Below, piece after piece: positions 9,922 through 20,300 of a DNA stretch of 64,000 nt. The position numbers were made by a program, and so were the translations under genes. The notes beneath the pieces were generated by a model. It did not search any database. It was not told where the DNA came from and saw only the letters and a program-made list of their open reading frames with translations. The stretch is taken from positions 266,412 through 330,411 of the forward strand of contig JAHBVR010000009.1 in NCBI GenBank assembly GCA_019637395.1, in the 5' to 3' direction. The stretch is from Vulcanimicrobiota bacterium (GTDB lineage: Bacteria > Vulcanimicrobiota > Xenobia > Xenobiales > JADMJV01). Positions within the stretch are counted from its first letter, which is position 1, and each line of letters starts with the position of its first letter.

Positions 9922-11234
9922 TGCGAGACTGGCTTTTCATTCCCCTGGACGACCGGCCGTGCTGCCGCCAGTTCCCCCAGCGTTTGGCCAGCCTGGAACT
10001 GCCGCCCCGGGAACTGCTGGGCAACTTTCAAGAACCGGGTAACGGCGAGGCCCTGCTTGACTGGCTGGAAGAGCGTGCCAGCGGCGCTCCCGGCGCCATC
10101 GTTTCCATCGACATGCTGGTGTGGGGCGGCCTGGTGGCCAGTCGCCATCCCTCCGGCGATCTCAAGCGGGCTCTGGCCAGGCTGCAACGGCTGTGGGAAA
10201 TCCGCCAGCGCCACGACCTGAAGCTACTGGCCTTTCAGACCATCATGCGCAACGCCCCCACGCAGACCACCGCCGAGGAGGTGGAGTGGGCGGAAGCCAT
10301 CGTGGAGTTTTCCCAGGATCCCGACAACGAGGTGCTGCGCTCGGCCATTCCCTCCCAGGTGTTACACGACTACATGCGGGTGCGCCAGCGCAACCTGCGC
10401 ATCTATCGAGAATTGGCCCAGCATGCCTGGGAGTCGAACTATCTGGTTTTCGCTCTCGACGACAGCAAAACTTCCGGCTGGAATTTATTGGAACTCAACT
10501 CGCTGGGTGAGGTCAACTCCTTACCAGGCACCGACGAGACCGGCCTGCTGCTGGTCTGCCGGGCCCTGGCCCGCCGGCGCACCATTCAGGTCGATTGGTC
10601 GCACGCTGACTTGCCTCAGTTACAGGGACTTTATGAGGACCGGCCGGCCGGGGCGGTGCTCAAAGCCCAGATGCAGGCGGCCCAACTGGAGGAAGGCAGC
10701 TCCAATGACCAGCTCTGGCTCTACGGGCGCGAGAACCATCCCCAGATCGAAGCCCGCTCCCAACAATTCGCGGAAGTGGACGGAGCCTGGCTGGCTTACC
10801 TGGGAACAGCGCTGGCGGCCGGCGCCCGCATCGTGCTGGTGGACCTGACTTTCGCCAACGGGGGCGACTTGAGCCTGGGACAGGCTTTACGCAGCCGTGG
10901 TCTGTGGCCCAAACTGGCCGGCTATTCGGCCTGGAATACGCTGGGAAACCGTGTCGGCTGCGGACTGGCCACGCTGGCGCTGGACGCCACCCCGGAGTTC
11001 CTGGCCGAACGGCTGGCCGACGACTTGCTTTACCAGGCCGACTTCCGCTGGCGGGCCGCCCGGATGCTCGGCCATCCCGGTCTGACTCTGAGCGACCACG
11101 AGGCCAGGCGGGTGGAGCTGGAGATTTTTCCCGCCTTGCGCGAGCGAGTCAAGGCCTATCTGCCGGCCCATTGCGAATTTCGCCTGCCCTGGCAACGACT
11201 TTTCGAAGTGGAATGCGAGTCCAGATTCGAGTAA
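9921..11234 (+). CDS. DUF4127-like protein of unknown function
   Basis: N-terminal IPLDDRPC motif recalled as characteristic of the DUF4127 family. 437 aa. Confidence 0.5.
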   Translation: MRDWLFIPLDDRPCCRQFPQRLASLELPPRELLGNFQEPGNGEALLDWLEERASGAPGAIVSIDMLVWGGLVASRHPSGDLKRALARLQRLWEIRQRHDLKLLAFQTIMRNAPTQTTAEEVEWAEAIVEFSQDPDNEVLRSAIPSQVLHDYMRVRQRNLRIYRELAQHAWESNYLVFALDDSKTSGWNLLELNSLGEVNSLPGTDETGLLLVCRALARRRTIQVDWSHADLPQLQGLYEDRPAGAVLKAQMQAAQLEEGSSNDQLWLYGRENHPQIEARSQQFAEVDGAWLAYLGTALAAGARIVLVDLTFANGGDLSLGQALRSRGLWPKLAGYSAWNTLGNRVGCGLATLALDATPEFLAERLADDLLYQADFRWRAARMLGHPGLTLSDHEARRVELEIFPALRERVKAYLPAHCEFRLPWQRLFEVECESRFE

Positions 11235-11281
11235 TAATTAGACCAGGAAGTCGATTTTCCTGACCCGAACGACCGCGTTTC

Positions 11282-12043
11282 ATGTTTGACGCTTTCTTCA
11301 CCGCCAATGGACTGGCAACTTTGGCCACCCTGTCCGTGCTGGAAGTGATCCTGGGGATCGACAACCTGGTCTTCATCGCCATCCTGGTGGCCCGCCTGGA
11401 ACCGGCACGCCAACCGGCCGCCCGCCGCATCGGGTTGGGGCTGGCCATGATCACGCGCTGTCTGCTGCTGGCCACCATGTCCCACCTGGCTCACCTGACT
11501 CATCCCACAGGCCTGACCGTGCCCTTTAGCGGCCATCCCCTTTCTTTTCGGGACCTGGTGCTGCTGGGAGGCGGCTTCTTCCTGCTCTACAAAGCCACCA
11601 AAGAGATTCATGAAAAACTGGAAGAAGATGACGACGAGATGGAGCCGCCGGCCCACGCCAACTTTGTCAAAATCATCTTTCAAATCGTGGTGGTCGACAT
11701 CATCTTCTCCCTGGATTCGGTGGTTACGGCCGTGGGCATCGCCGACGAGCTGGAGATCATGATCGCGGCCGTGATCCTGGCCGTGATGGTGATGATCATT
11801 TTCTCCGGGCCCATCAGCAATTTCATCAATCGCCATCCTTCCATCAAGATGCTGGCGCTGAGCTTTCTCATCCTCATCGGCTGCATGCTGGTGGCCGAAG
11901 GCACCGGCCACCACATCAACAAAGGCTACATTTACTTCGCCATGTTCTTCTCGCTGACGGTGGAGTGGCTGAACCTTTCCACCAAGAAGAAGAAGAAGAA
12001 AGCCAGACTGGCTCTTAAGAAAGCCCAAGCTGAGAACGCTTGA
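11282..12043 (+). CDS. TerC/Alx-family integral membrane protein
   Basis: LEVILGIDNLVFIAILV signature. Lys-rich tail. Confidence 0.85.
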   Translation: MFDAFFTANGLATLATLSVLEVILGIDNLVFIAILVARLEPARQPAARRIGLGLAMITRCLLLATMSHLAHLTHPTGLTVPFSGHPLSFRDLVLLGGGFFLLYKATKEIHEKLEEDDDEMEPPAHANFVKIIFQIVVVDIIFSLDSVVTAVGIADELEIMIAAVILAVMVMIIFSGPISNFINRHPSIKMLALSFLILIGCMLVAEGTGHHINKGYIYFAMFFSLTVEWLNLSTKKKKKKARLALKKAQAENA

Positions 12044-12797
12044 GATCATTTAGAGCGGGGAAGCGGCCCCGGTAAGCCCGTAAATCCTCCAGGTCCAACG
12101 CCGCCGAAAGCTGCCCCGGATGCTCATCCAGTTGAGCCACCACTTTGCCATGCGGATCGATCAGACGAGACGAGCCGGGATAGTTGACTTGAGGATCGGC
12201 GCCGCAACGATTGACTCCCAGCACATAGGCCTGATTCTCGATGGCCCGGGCCATCAACAGCGCCTCCCAATGATGGACACGGGGCGCCGGCCAGTTGGCG
12301 ATAACCACGTACAGCTCGGCGCCTTGATAGGCCAGATGGCGAAAAGTCTCGGGAAAACGCAAGTCATAACAAACCAGCGGCGCCACCTTACAGCCGTTCC
12401 ATTGGAACAGGAAGAAATCGTCCCCGGCCTGGTAGTGCTCACTCTCGCCGCCGTACGAAAAAGGATGCTGCTTGGCGTAAGCGCCCAAGAGCCGGCCCGC
12501 CGGGTCGAAAACGAGAGCCATATTGCGGCCCAATTCACGCTCCCCCCACCAACTGGCCCCGCCGACAAAAAACACGCCGTATTCGCGGGCTAAACCGGCA
12601 AAGAACTCTGTGGTTTCTCCTTGCGGCTGCTCAGCCAGCCCCTCGCGGCGCATCGTGAAACCGATACAGGAGAGTTCGGGCAGGACTACCAGGTCTCCCG
12701 GTTGCGGGCGCAGTTGCCCCAGCAACGCTCTCAAATGGCTGAAGTTGGCCGGCTTATCTTCCCAGTGGATATTGTATTGCAAGGCGTGCAGGTTCAT
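12015..12797 (-). CDS. Carbon-nitrogen hydrolase (nitrilase superfamily, omega-amidase-like)
   Basis: E-K-C triad context: LVVLPEL (Glu), catalytic Cys in LVCYDLRFPE, 260 aa. Confidence 0.85.
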   Translation of the reverse strand: MNLHALQYNIHWEDKPANFSHLRALLGQLRPQPGDLVVLPELSCIGFTMRREGLAEQPQGETTEFFAGLAREYGVFFVGGASWWGERELGRNMALVFDPAGRLLGAYAKQHPFSYGGESEHYQAGDDFFLFQWNGCKVAPLVCYDLRFPETFRHLAYQGAELYVVIANWPAPRVHHWEALLMARAIENQAYVLGVNRCGADPQVNYPGSSRLIDPHGKVVAQLDEHPGQLSAALDLEDLRAYRGRFPALNDLKRSQLGLS

Positions 12798-12840
12798 GGC
12801 CGGTGGGTTCGCTCCGAGGCCTGCTTGACCTCGGAGAAAA

Positions 12841-12862
12841 TATAGTTTACATATAAACTATA
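12841..12862. promoter_or_regulatory. Palindromic operator TATAGTTTA-CATA-TAAACTATA upstream of marR
   Basis: Perfect 9-bp inverted repeat in an AT-rich divergent intergenic region. Confidence 0.45.
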
Positions 12863-13332
12863 TGCACGACTCGGATAGCCCAAGATTTTATCCGCTACCT
12901 GTGCACGAGGAGCCGGAGGCGGTGCGCCTGCGGACCTGGGTTCAACTGGCGCGCACCTTCTATCGTATCGAACAGTCGATTTCCGCCAGGTTGGCGGAAA
13001 AAGAGCTGACCATGGCTCAGTTTGACGTGCTGGCCACGCTGCGCTACAGCGAGGGCGTCACCCAAAAAGAGCTGGCCGAATTGCTGCTGGTGACCAAAGG
13101 CAATGTAGTGGGTTTGTTGGACCGCCTACAAAAACTGGACCTGGTGGAGCGGCGCGCCGACCCCGACGACGGCCGAGCCAATCGGATTCACTTAACCGCC
13201 CGAGGCCGCCGCAAGCTCGAATCCGTTCTGCCGGTCCACGATCGCCTGGTGTTACGCACCCTGGACTGTCTGGACCAGCAGGAGGTCGGTACCTTGCGCC
13301 GCCTTCTCAAGTCTCTCGAGCAAGCTCTATAA
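12862..13332 (+). CDS. MarR-family transcriptional regulator
   Basis: Winged-HTH region TQKELAELLLVTKGNVVGLLDRLQKLDLVERRADPDDGRANRIHLT. Confidence 0.85.
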   Translation: MHDSDSPRFYPLPVHEEPEAVRLRTWVQLARTFYRIEQSISARLAEKELTMAQFDVLATLRYSEGVTQKELAELLLVTKGNVVGLLDRLQKLDLVERRADPDDGRANRIHLTARGRRKLESVLPVHDRLVLRTLDCLDQQEVGTLRRLLKSLEQAL

Positions 13333-13348
13333 AATTTTTTGATCAATT

Positions 13349-13366
13349 AGTTTATATATAAACCAA
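13349..13366. promoter_or_regulatory. Second palindromic operator AGTTTATATATAAACC between marR and the esterase gene
   Basis: GTTTATATATAAAC is a perfect palindrome and shares the AGTTTA..TAAACT half-sites with the site upstream of marR. Confidence 0.4.
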
Positions 13367-13383
13367 ATCCAAGGAGAAACACC

Positions 13384-13977
13384 ATGAAAATCCTCCGAGC
13401 CGGCCCCGCATCGGCTCCCAACACCCTGATTTTGCTGCATGGCCGCGGCGCCACCGCCGAGAGCATCTTGCCGCTCTACCAGGAACTGACCCTGGGTCCC
13501 GAATGGCGGGCGCTGGCCCCCCAGGCCCCGGGAAACAGCTGGTATCCCCACAGTTTTCTGGCCCCGCTGGAAGAAAACCAGCCCTACCTGGAGCAATCCC
13601 TACAGACCGTCCACTCGGTGATTGGCGATCTGACTTCGGAGCGGGTGGCCATCCTCGGGTTCTCTCAAGGAGCCTGCCTGGCCCTCGAATACGCGGCCCG
13701 CCACCCGCGCCGCTATGCGGCGGTGCTCGCCCTGACCGGCGGCCTGATCAGGCTGCGGCAGCAGGGTGACCTGAAAGGCACGCCCTTCTTTCTGGGCAGC
13801 GGCGACCCCGATCCTCACGTCCCCTTCCGCCGGGTGGAGGAAAGCGCGCTATCACTGCGGGGCCTGGGAGCCCGGGTGGAGACGCGCCGCTATCCCGGCA
13901 TGCCCCACACCATCAACCACGATCAACTGAACCACTGCCGCGCGCTTCTGAGCGCGCCGAAAGGAACCCTGAAATGA
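13384..13977 (+). CDS. Phospholipase/carboxylesterase-family alpha/beta hydrolase
   Basis: Nucleophile elbow GFSQGA, LLHGRGA oxyanion region, 197 aa. RBS AAGGAGAAA before the ATG. Confidence 0.8.
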   Translation: MKILRAGPASAPNTLILLHGRGATAESILPLYQELTLGPEWRALAPQAPGNSWYPHSFLAPLEENQPYLEQSLQTVHSVIGDLTSERVAILGFSQGACLALEYAARHPRRYAAVLALTGGLIRLRQQGDLKGTPFFLGSGDPDPHVPFRRVEESALSLRGLGARVETRRYPGMPHTINHDQLNHCRALLSAPKGTLK

Positions 13978-14870
13978 AACCGACCCTCCCCGGACTCCAC
14001 CACGTCACCGCTATCACCGGTCACGCCCAAAAAAACCACGACTTCTACACCGAGACCCTGGGCTTGCGCATGGTCAAGCTGACCGTCAACTTTGACGACC
14101 CTTCCAGCTACCACCTCTACTACGGCGACGCCAGCGGCAGCCCGGGCACCATCATGACTTTCTTCGCCAGTGAAAACTCCTATCCGGGGCGCATCGGCGC
14201 GGGACAGGCCACCGTCACCAGCTTCGCGGTTCCGATCGGCTCGCTGAGCTATTGGAAAAACCGTTTAGAAAGTTCGGGATTTCCCGTGAAACAGTTGGAG
14301 GTATGGGGTAAGACCCGGCTGGAATTTCAGGACCCGGACGGCCTGCGCCTGGCCCTGGTCGAAGAGGGAGAAGGCGAAAGGGACATCCGGGGCTTCGCCG
14401 GCGTAACGCTGGCGCAATCCAACCCGGCCGCCAGCCACGCTCTGTTGACCGAAACGCTGGGCTTCCAGCTCGAGGAGAACACGGCCGAGCGCAAATTCTA
14501 TCGCAGCCAGACCTCCTGGCTGGAGTTGGCGTCCGACCCGGGTGCACCCGGGCGAATGGGTTCCGGCACGGTCCACCATATCGCCTGGCGCACTCCCGAC
14601 GACGCCAACCAGGCACTCTGGCTGGAAACCTTGGAGAGTCAGGGCTACCGAGTTTCACCGATCATGGATCGCAACTACTTCCATTCCATCTACTTCCGTG
14701 AGCCCGGCGGCGTTCTCTTCGAGATTGCCACCGATCCGCCGGGATTCACGGTCGACCAGCCTCTGGAAGAACTGGGTAAAAAACTGGTGCTGCCGGCCTG
14801 GCTGGAACCCAGCCGAGAGAAAATTCAGCGGTTTCTACCAAAACTTACGCTGCCTGTAGCCACTAAATAG
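13974..14870 (+). CDS. VOC-family ring-cleaving (extradiol-type) dioxygenase, two glyoxalase-like domains
   Basis: LHHVTAITGHAQKNHDFYTETLGLRMVK and second-domain VHHIAWRTPD. ATGA overlap with the esterase gene. Confidence 0.8.
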   Translation: MKPTLPGLHHVTAITGHAQKNHDFYTETLGLRMVKLTVNFDDPSSYHLYYGDASGSPGTIMTFFASENSYPGRIGAGQATVTSFAVPIGSLSYWKNRLESSGFPVKQLEVWGKTRLEFQDPDGLRLALVEEGEGERDIRGFAGVTLAQSNPAASHALLTETLGFQLEENTAERKFYRSQTSWLELASDPGAPGRMGSGTVHHIAWRTPDDANQALWLETLESQGYRVSPIMDRNYFHSIYFREPGGVLFEIATDPPGFTVDQPLEELGKKLVLPAWLEPSREKIQRFLPKLTLPVATK

Positions 14871-14906
14871 AGGCCGCCCGCAGCCTGGACCAGAATTCTC
14901 TGGTTC

Positions 14907-16169
14907 ATGCCGCGGTGGTTTCTTGTGTTTCTTCTAGTGGCCCCTGCCGGGCTTTCGGTTTCTGGCAAGGAGCCCTACGGCCTGGCGGTTGTGGACGAAG
15001 CTGGCCGCCTTGAGCGGGTGGCTCTGGAAAAGGCGGCCCGGCCGCTACTTCTCAGAGGTGCGGCCATGGCCATCGTGCTGGTGCGACGGGGCGGCCAGCC
15101 GGACGCGGTCAAGCAACTCAGTCAGCTCGGGCTGCTTCACGATCGGCAAATTTCCCCTTCCGGGCTTTATCTTTACGTCAGCCTGCAACCTCACTACAGC
15201 GAACTGCGCGCGGGAGCGCGCTTCAGCGCTGACCTGCCGGCCCGTCAACTGGAGAAAATCCGGAACCAGACGCTCAATCCCCAACTACGCGCGGAGCTCT
15301 ACCAGCAGGGCTTCGTGGACTCCCTTGGGGAATTGGAGCGGAGTCTTTCCCACAGTCTTTCGCTCAAGGATTGGCTGAAGGGAGCGACGCTCACCTTCAT
15401 AGCCTGCGGCACCCTTTATCTGGTGGGCTTTTGGGATTGGCTTTGGGCTACTCTCCCGGGGCGAGGCCTGTTCTGGCTGTGGTGCCTGACACCCATCGCG
15501 CGTGCCCGGCGGCGCCGGGAAAGGGAGCGAGCGCGCCTCGGGCAACTGCACCTGCTGCAAGGGCGAGCCGAGTCCCTGGAAAGGACGCAGCAGAACTCGC
15601 CGAGGTTGAATTCCGTCCAGCGCGCCGACCTGGCCTCGCTCCAGGAGCAAGTGAAGGCCGCCGCGCTCCTCGGCCTCTCGGAGTTAGCCGAACTTCGCGC
15701 TCGCCTGGAGGCCGAAAGCAGGCGCCTGGAACGGCTGCAACGCTGCCACACCTCCGGAAGCAACGAGCTACGCGAGGCTCAGCGGATATTTCAATCGATC
15801 CGGTCCACCCTGAAGTCCCGCAAAAAGACCCGGGCCTTGTTGCAGAGCCCGGAAGCACAGGCCCTGGAAGCCGAACTCAGACAAGAGTCCGACCTGCGTC
15901 AACACTACAGCGAAGCCGGCGCCAGCTTCGAAGAATTCGAGCAATCCGAGCTGCGCTGCAAAAATCTTCAGCAACGCGCGCGGGAGTTCGGGCAGATTCA
16001 CGGAGTGCTTCCGCGCGGCCCGCAAGTTCAAACGGGCTGGGCGACGGCCTCAGCCAGCAGCGAATCTCCCGGCTATCACGGCAGTTCGACTTCCCACTAC
16101 GACGACCGAAGCGGCAGCTACGACCCGCCCACCTCTTCGTCCGAGAGCTGGGCCGGCGGCGACTGGTGA
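14907..16169 (+). CDS. TPM-domain (YgcG-like) membrane protein with cytoplasmic coiled-coil and Ser/Gly-rich tail
   Basis: Signal-like N-terminus, TPM-like block IVLVRRGGQPD..LYLYVSLQPHYSELRAGARFS, TM LTFIACGTLYLVGFWDWLWATL, C-terminal SGSYDPPTSSSESWAGGDW. Confidence 0.5.
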   Translation: MPRWFLVFLLVAPAGLSVSGKEPYGLAVVDEAGRLERVALEKAARPLLLRGAAMAIVLVRRGGQPDAVKQLSQLGLLHDRQISPSGLYLYVSLQPHYSELRAGARFSADLPARQLEKIRNQTLNPQLRAELYQQGFVDSLGELERSLSHSLSLKDWLKGATLTFIACGTLYLVGFWDWLWATLPGRGLFWLWCLTPIARARRRRERERARLGQLHLLQGRAESLERTQQNSPRLNSVQRADLASLQEQVKAAALLGLSELAELRARLEAESRRLERLQRCHTSGSNELREAQRIFQSIRSTLKSRKKTRALLQSPEAQALEAELRQESDLRQHYSEAGASFEEFEQSELRCKNLQQRAREFGQIHGVLPRGPQVQTGWATASASSESPGYHGSSTSHYDDRSGSYDPPTSSSESWAGGDW

Positions 16170-16171
16170 AT

Positions 16172-17314
16172 CTACGATATCTGACCCAGGAATGAATAGA
16201 GGGGCAGAAAGATCGAGAGGATCACGGTGGCAACCAGACTGGCCACGCTGGCCAGCAGCAGGGGCTCCATGGCCGCGCTCATGGCGTCGACCGCGTAGTT
16301 CATTTCCAGGTCATAGTAGGCGCCGGCCCGTCCGAACATTTCGGGCATGCGCGAAGCCTGCTCGCCGGCCATCACCATGTGGGCCAACGAAGGCGGATAA
16401 ATATCCGGATTCATGGCCATATGGTCGGAGACCGGCTCGCCCTCGGTAATGGTTTTCTCCATGAACGGCGCATCTTGAATGAATTCCGGATTGCCACTGG
16501 CGCCGGCCGCCATGCGCAGGGTGCGGGCCAGGTCCATACCGGATGCCAGCATCGCTTCCACCGAGCAGCAGTAACGGGCGCAGGCACCCTTCTGAAGCAT
16601 CGATCCGATCAAGGGAATTCGGCGCAAAAATCGCCAGGTGGCCACCTGCCCATTGGGAGTTTTCAAGAACTCGCGTCCGGCCGTCAACACCACTCCGATG
16701 GTACCGACCAGCAGCAACCAGAATCCCGGCTGGCGCACGGCTTCGGTAATGAACATGATGATGCGCGTAATCAGCGGCAGAGGCACGTTCATGTCTTTGA
16801 AAATGGTGAGAAAGCTGGGCAGCACCGTGTAAAACATGAACAAGGTCAACACCACCGCCAGAATGAGCACGAAACAGGGATACGACATGGCCGACTTGAG
16901 ACGTTCGCGCAGACGATTATCGCGCTCCAACCAATCCGACAGACGTTCCAGTGAAGTATCCAGTTCACCCGTACGTTCGCCGATCTGAACCAGTGTCGAA
17001 TAGATCTTGGTAAAAATCCTGGGATAGAAGGTCATCTGGTAGGAAAGCACGTGACCTTGCGATACCTTCTCGGCCAGATCGCGGATCACTTCCCCGAAGT
17101 TGGGATACTCTTCCTGATGAGACAGGGTTTCCAGCGCCTGCACGATGGGCACGGCGTTGCGCAGCATCGTCGCCAATTGCCGGCTGAAGATGCACAGAGC
17201 CTGAGGGGGGACAGTGACTTTGGCTCGCCAGTCGCCAGGCGCCCCCGGTGCAGTACTCGGCGTAGGTGCGGCCATTGCCAGGAGATTTGATGTCAGGTTC
17301 ATTTGTCCTGGCAA
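16172..17314 (-). CDS. Type II secretion / type IV pilus platform protein (GspF/PilC family)
   Basis: Two T2SS-F repeats, FSRQLATMLRNAVPIVQAL and a second repeat, with 3 TM segments. N-terminal cytoplasmic lead shorter than usual. No adjacent secretion ATPase. Confidence 0.85.
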   Translation of the reverse strand: MPGQMNLTSNLLAMAAPTPSTAPGAPGDWRAKVTVPPQALCIFSRQLATMLRNAVPIVQALETLSHQEEYPNFGEVIRDLAEKVSQGHVLSYQMTFYPRIFTKIYSTLVQIGERTGELDTSLERLSDWLERDNRLRERLKSAMSYPCFVLILAVVLTLFMFYTVLPSFLTIFKDMNVPLPLITRIIMFITEAVRQPGFWLLLVGTIGVVLTAGREFLKTPNGQVATWRFLRRIPLIGSMLQKGACARYCCSVEAMLASGMDLARTLRMAAGASGNPEFIQDAPFMEKTITEGEPVSDHMAMNPDIYPPSLAHMVMAGEQASRMPEMFGRAGAYYDLEMNYAVDAMSAAMEPLLLASVASLVATVILSIFLPLYSFLGQIS

Positions 17315-17399
17315 ATGGCTGGATTATCCCACTCCAGGACTCCTTGTGGAGGGCGAGAAGTGCAGTGGGAAAGCTATCAAGTATGAGGAGTCTGTCAGG

Positions 17400-20300
17400 A
17401 TGTGCGGTATCGCAGGTCTGGTTTATGAATACAATTCAAGCACCCCGGCCAAGGATTGGCCGGCACTGGAAGAAGCCCTGCAGCGCCTGCGCAACCACAC
17501 TCCCGACTGGAATCAACCCGATCCCGTCTTGCCACTGTTGGATTCGGTGGAAGAGCAGTTGCGCGACATCCGCGAATGGCCTATTCTCAGCCAGCTCTGG
17601 TCCAACCCCGGCCGCCAAGAGCAACTGAATCAAGCAGCCATCGGTCTCGATTTCTGGGATCAGCAGCTGCAGAAAGCCACCACCTCCTCCGATCTCTCCA
17701 TTGCCCTGCTGGAAACCTGGAACGCCATCAGCGTGCGCGTGCGCGATATCGGCTGGACCCTCCAGCAAGACGCTCTGGGCGGTCTGCGGCGCTGCGCCGC
17801 TTTGCTGCCGCACGCCTGGCGGGACAATCCGAAAGCTTGTTTTGAAGCCTGGAAACTGACGGTTACGCTGGAGAACATCGGCCGCATGGAAGTGCGCGGT
17901 CGTGACTCGCTGGGGTTTTCGGTCATGGTTTCGTTTCCCGAGCGCGCCTCGCTGGGCGTCTGGCGTGACAAACTGAACGAAACCCAACAGCATTTGCTCC
18001 ATCAACGCCTGCAGGGAGTGGATCTGGTCGACCAGGCCATCGTGCTTGACGAGGCCAGCGTGATTTTTGTCTACAAAGTGGCCCAAGAAGTGGGCGCGCT
18101 GGGCGATAATGTAGCCCAGATCACTTCGCAAATGAAGAGGGACGAACTGCTCTGGCTGGCGCTGGCTCCGGAAACCTCCCGGGTCAACGTCTTCTCGCAC
18201 ACCCGCTGGGCTTCCAACGGAATCATCAGCGAGCCCAACTGCCATCCTATTTCCGAGCTGACTCTGAAGCAGAACGGCAAAACCAGTGGCGCGCCCTCGC
18301 CCCATCGCATCATGGTCTGCTTGAACGGCGATGTCGACAACTACCAGGAGCTGTGCGCCCGCATCACCTCCGAAACAGGCCGCACCATTCCCGCCAAAAT
18401 CACTACCGACACCAAGATCATCCCGGTACTGGTCGACTACAACTTCCAAAAATGCAAAGACATGCGCGAGGCCTTCATCAAGACGGTCCAGCACTGCGAA
18501 GGCTCGATCGCGGTCATCATGCACAACAGCCTGGAGCCGAAACGAATTTACCTGGCTCTGCGCGGCTCCGGCCAGGCCCTTTTCGTGGGATTGTGCCGTT
18601 ATGGCTATGTCTTTGCTTCCGAACTTTATGGCGTGGTCGAACAAACGCAGCGCTTTTTCCGCGTGGACGGCACCACCGAGCGCGTGCCCGGCAAGCCCGA
18701 CAGCGCCGGCCAGGTGGTGGTGCTCGAATCCAACGGCGCCGGCGAGATGGAGGCCGTGGAACTGTGGTCCTTCGACGGTGAGCGGCTGCCCTGCGACCAG
18801 GTGAAAATTCATCAGGCCGAGATCACCACCCGCGATATCAACCGCGGCTCCTTCTCCCATTATCTGCTCAAGGAGATCAACGAAGCTCCCGAGTCGATTC
18901 GCAAGACGCTGCGCGGCAAGTTCCAGCTGGACGCCGAGGCACGCCAGGCGCGCATGAACCTGGATTCCAAAGTCATTCCCGACGAAGCCCTGGAACGTCT
19001 GCGCCAGGGCCAAATTCGCCGGTTGCTCTTTATCGGCCAGGGCACGGCCGCCGTGGCCGGCCAGGCGGTGGCCGCCATCGCCTCCCGCGTGCTCGGTTCC
19101 AAGCTGGCCGTGCAGGCCATGAAAGCCACCGAACTGTCCGGCTACTCCATGGATCAAAAGCTGGACGATGCCCTCATCATCGCTATTTCCCAGTCCGGCA
19201 CCACCACCGACACCAACCGCACCGTGGACATGGCCAAAGCGCACGGGGCCACTGTCATGGCTATCGTCAACCGGCGCAATTCCGACCTGGTCTACAAGGT
19301 AGACGGCGTGCTCTATACCAGCGACGGCCGCGACATCGAGATGTCGGTGGCTTCCACCAAGGCTTTCTACAGTCAGGTGGTGGCCGGCTATCTGGTAACT
19401 TACCATCTGGCCAGCCTGCTCGGGCTGATGGAGCAGCAAGAGCTTTACCGCGAGCTGTCGGAGCTGATGCGCCTGCCCGACCTCATGAAAGCGGTGCTGG
19501 CTGACCCGGGGCGCATCCGCGAATTTGCCGAGCACTGGGCGCCCGTGCGCCGCGACTGGGCCATCGTGGGCAGCGGTCCCACTCGCGCCGCCGCCGATGA
19601 GATCCGCATCAAATTGAGCGAACTCTGCTACAAGTCGATCGCCACCGACTACATCGAGGACAAAAAGCACATTGATCTGTCGTCTGAGCCGCTTACGCTG
19701 GTGTGCGCCGCCGGTCTGCCGCTGGTGGCTCTGAAAGATGCGGTCAAGGAAGTGGCCATCTTCAAGGCCCATAAATCGGTGCCCATCGTGATTACCACCG
19801 AAGGATTTACGGCCTTCGAACCCTATGCCGCCGGCGTGCTCTACGTGCCCAAGAGCTCGGAAGCAGCTTCGGTGCTGCTCAACACACTGGTGGGCCATTT
19901 GTGGGGCTACTTCTGCGCCGGCGCCATCGATCGCGGCGCGGAACAGCTCCGCCACGCCCGCGCTCTGGCCGTGCAGGTCTTGACCGAGAGCGATAAAATC
20001 GAGCTTTCCCCCAGCCTGCTACGCCAGGTGCGCGACCTGGGGCGCCGTTTTCAAGACGAACTCTGGCGCGGCCGCTTCAACAGCAGCCTGTCGCTGGAGG
20101 TCGGCAGCAAACTGGGCGGGCTCTTCCAGTACTTCACCGGTGCCAGTTCGCTGCGCCAGTTCGCGGCCGAGTTCCAGGCGCCGCCTACCGCCGGCGGCGT
20201 GGCCGAGGTGCTCGTGCAATCGCTGTCGCAGGCCATCGCCGAGCTGAGCCGGCCCATCGACGCCATCAAACATCAGGCCAAGACGGTCACGGTGGGCATC

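Noticed and set aside
11156-12049. 297-aa minus ORF antisense to the TerC gene
   Set aside because: His/Gly/Gln-rich nonsense. TerC signature on + strand
17436-19955. 839-aa minus-strand ORF antisense to the GlmS-like gene
   Set aside because: Gly/Ala/His-rich low-complexity translation with no motifs, against strong GATase/SIS motifs on the + strand
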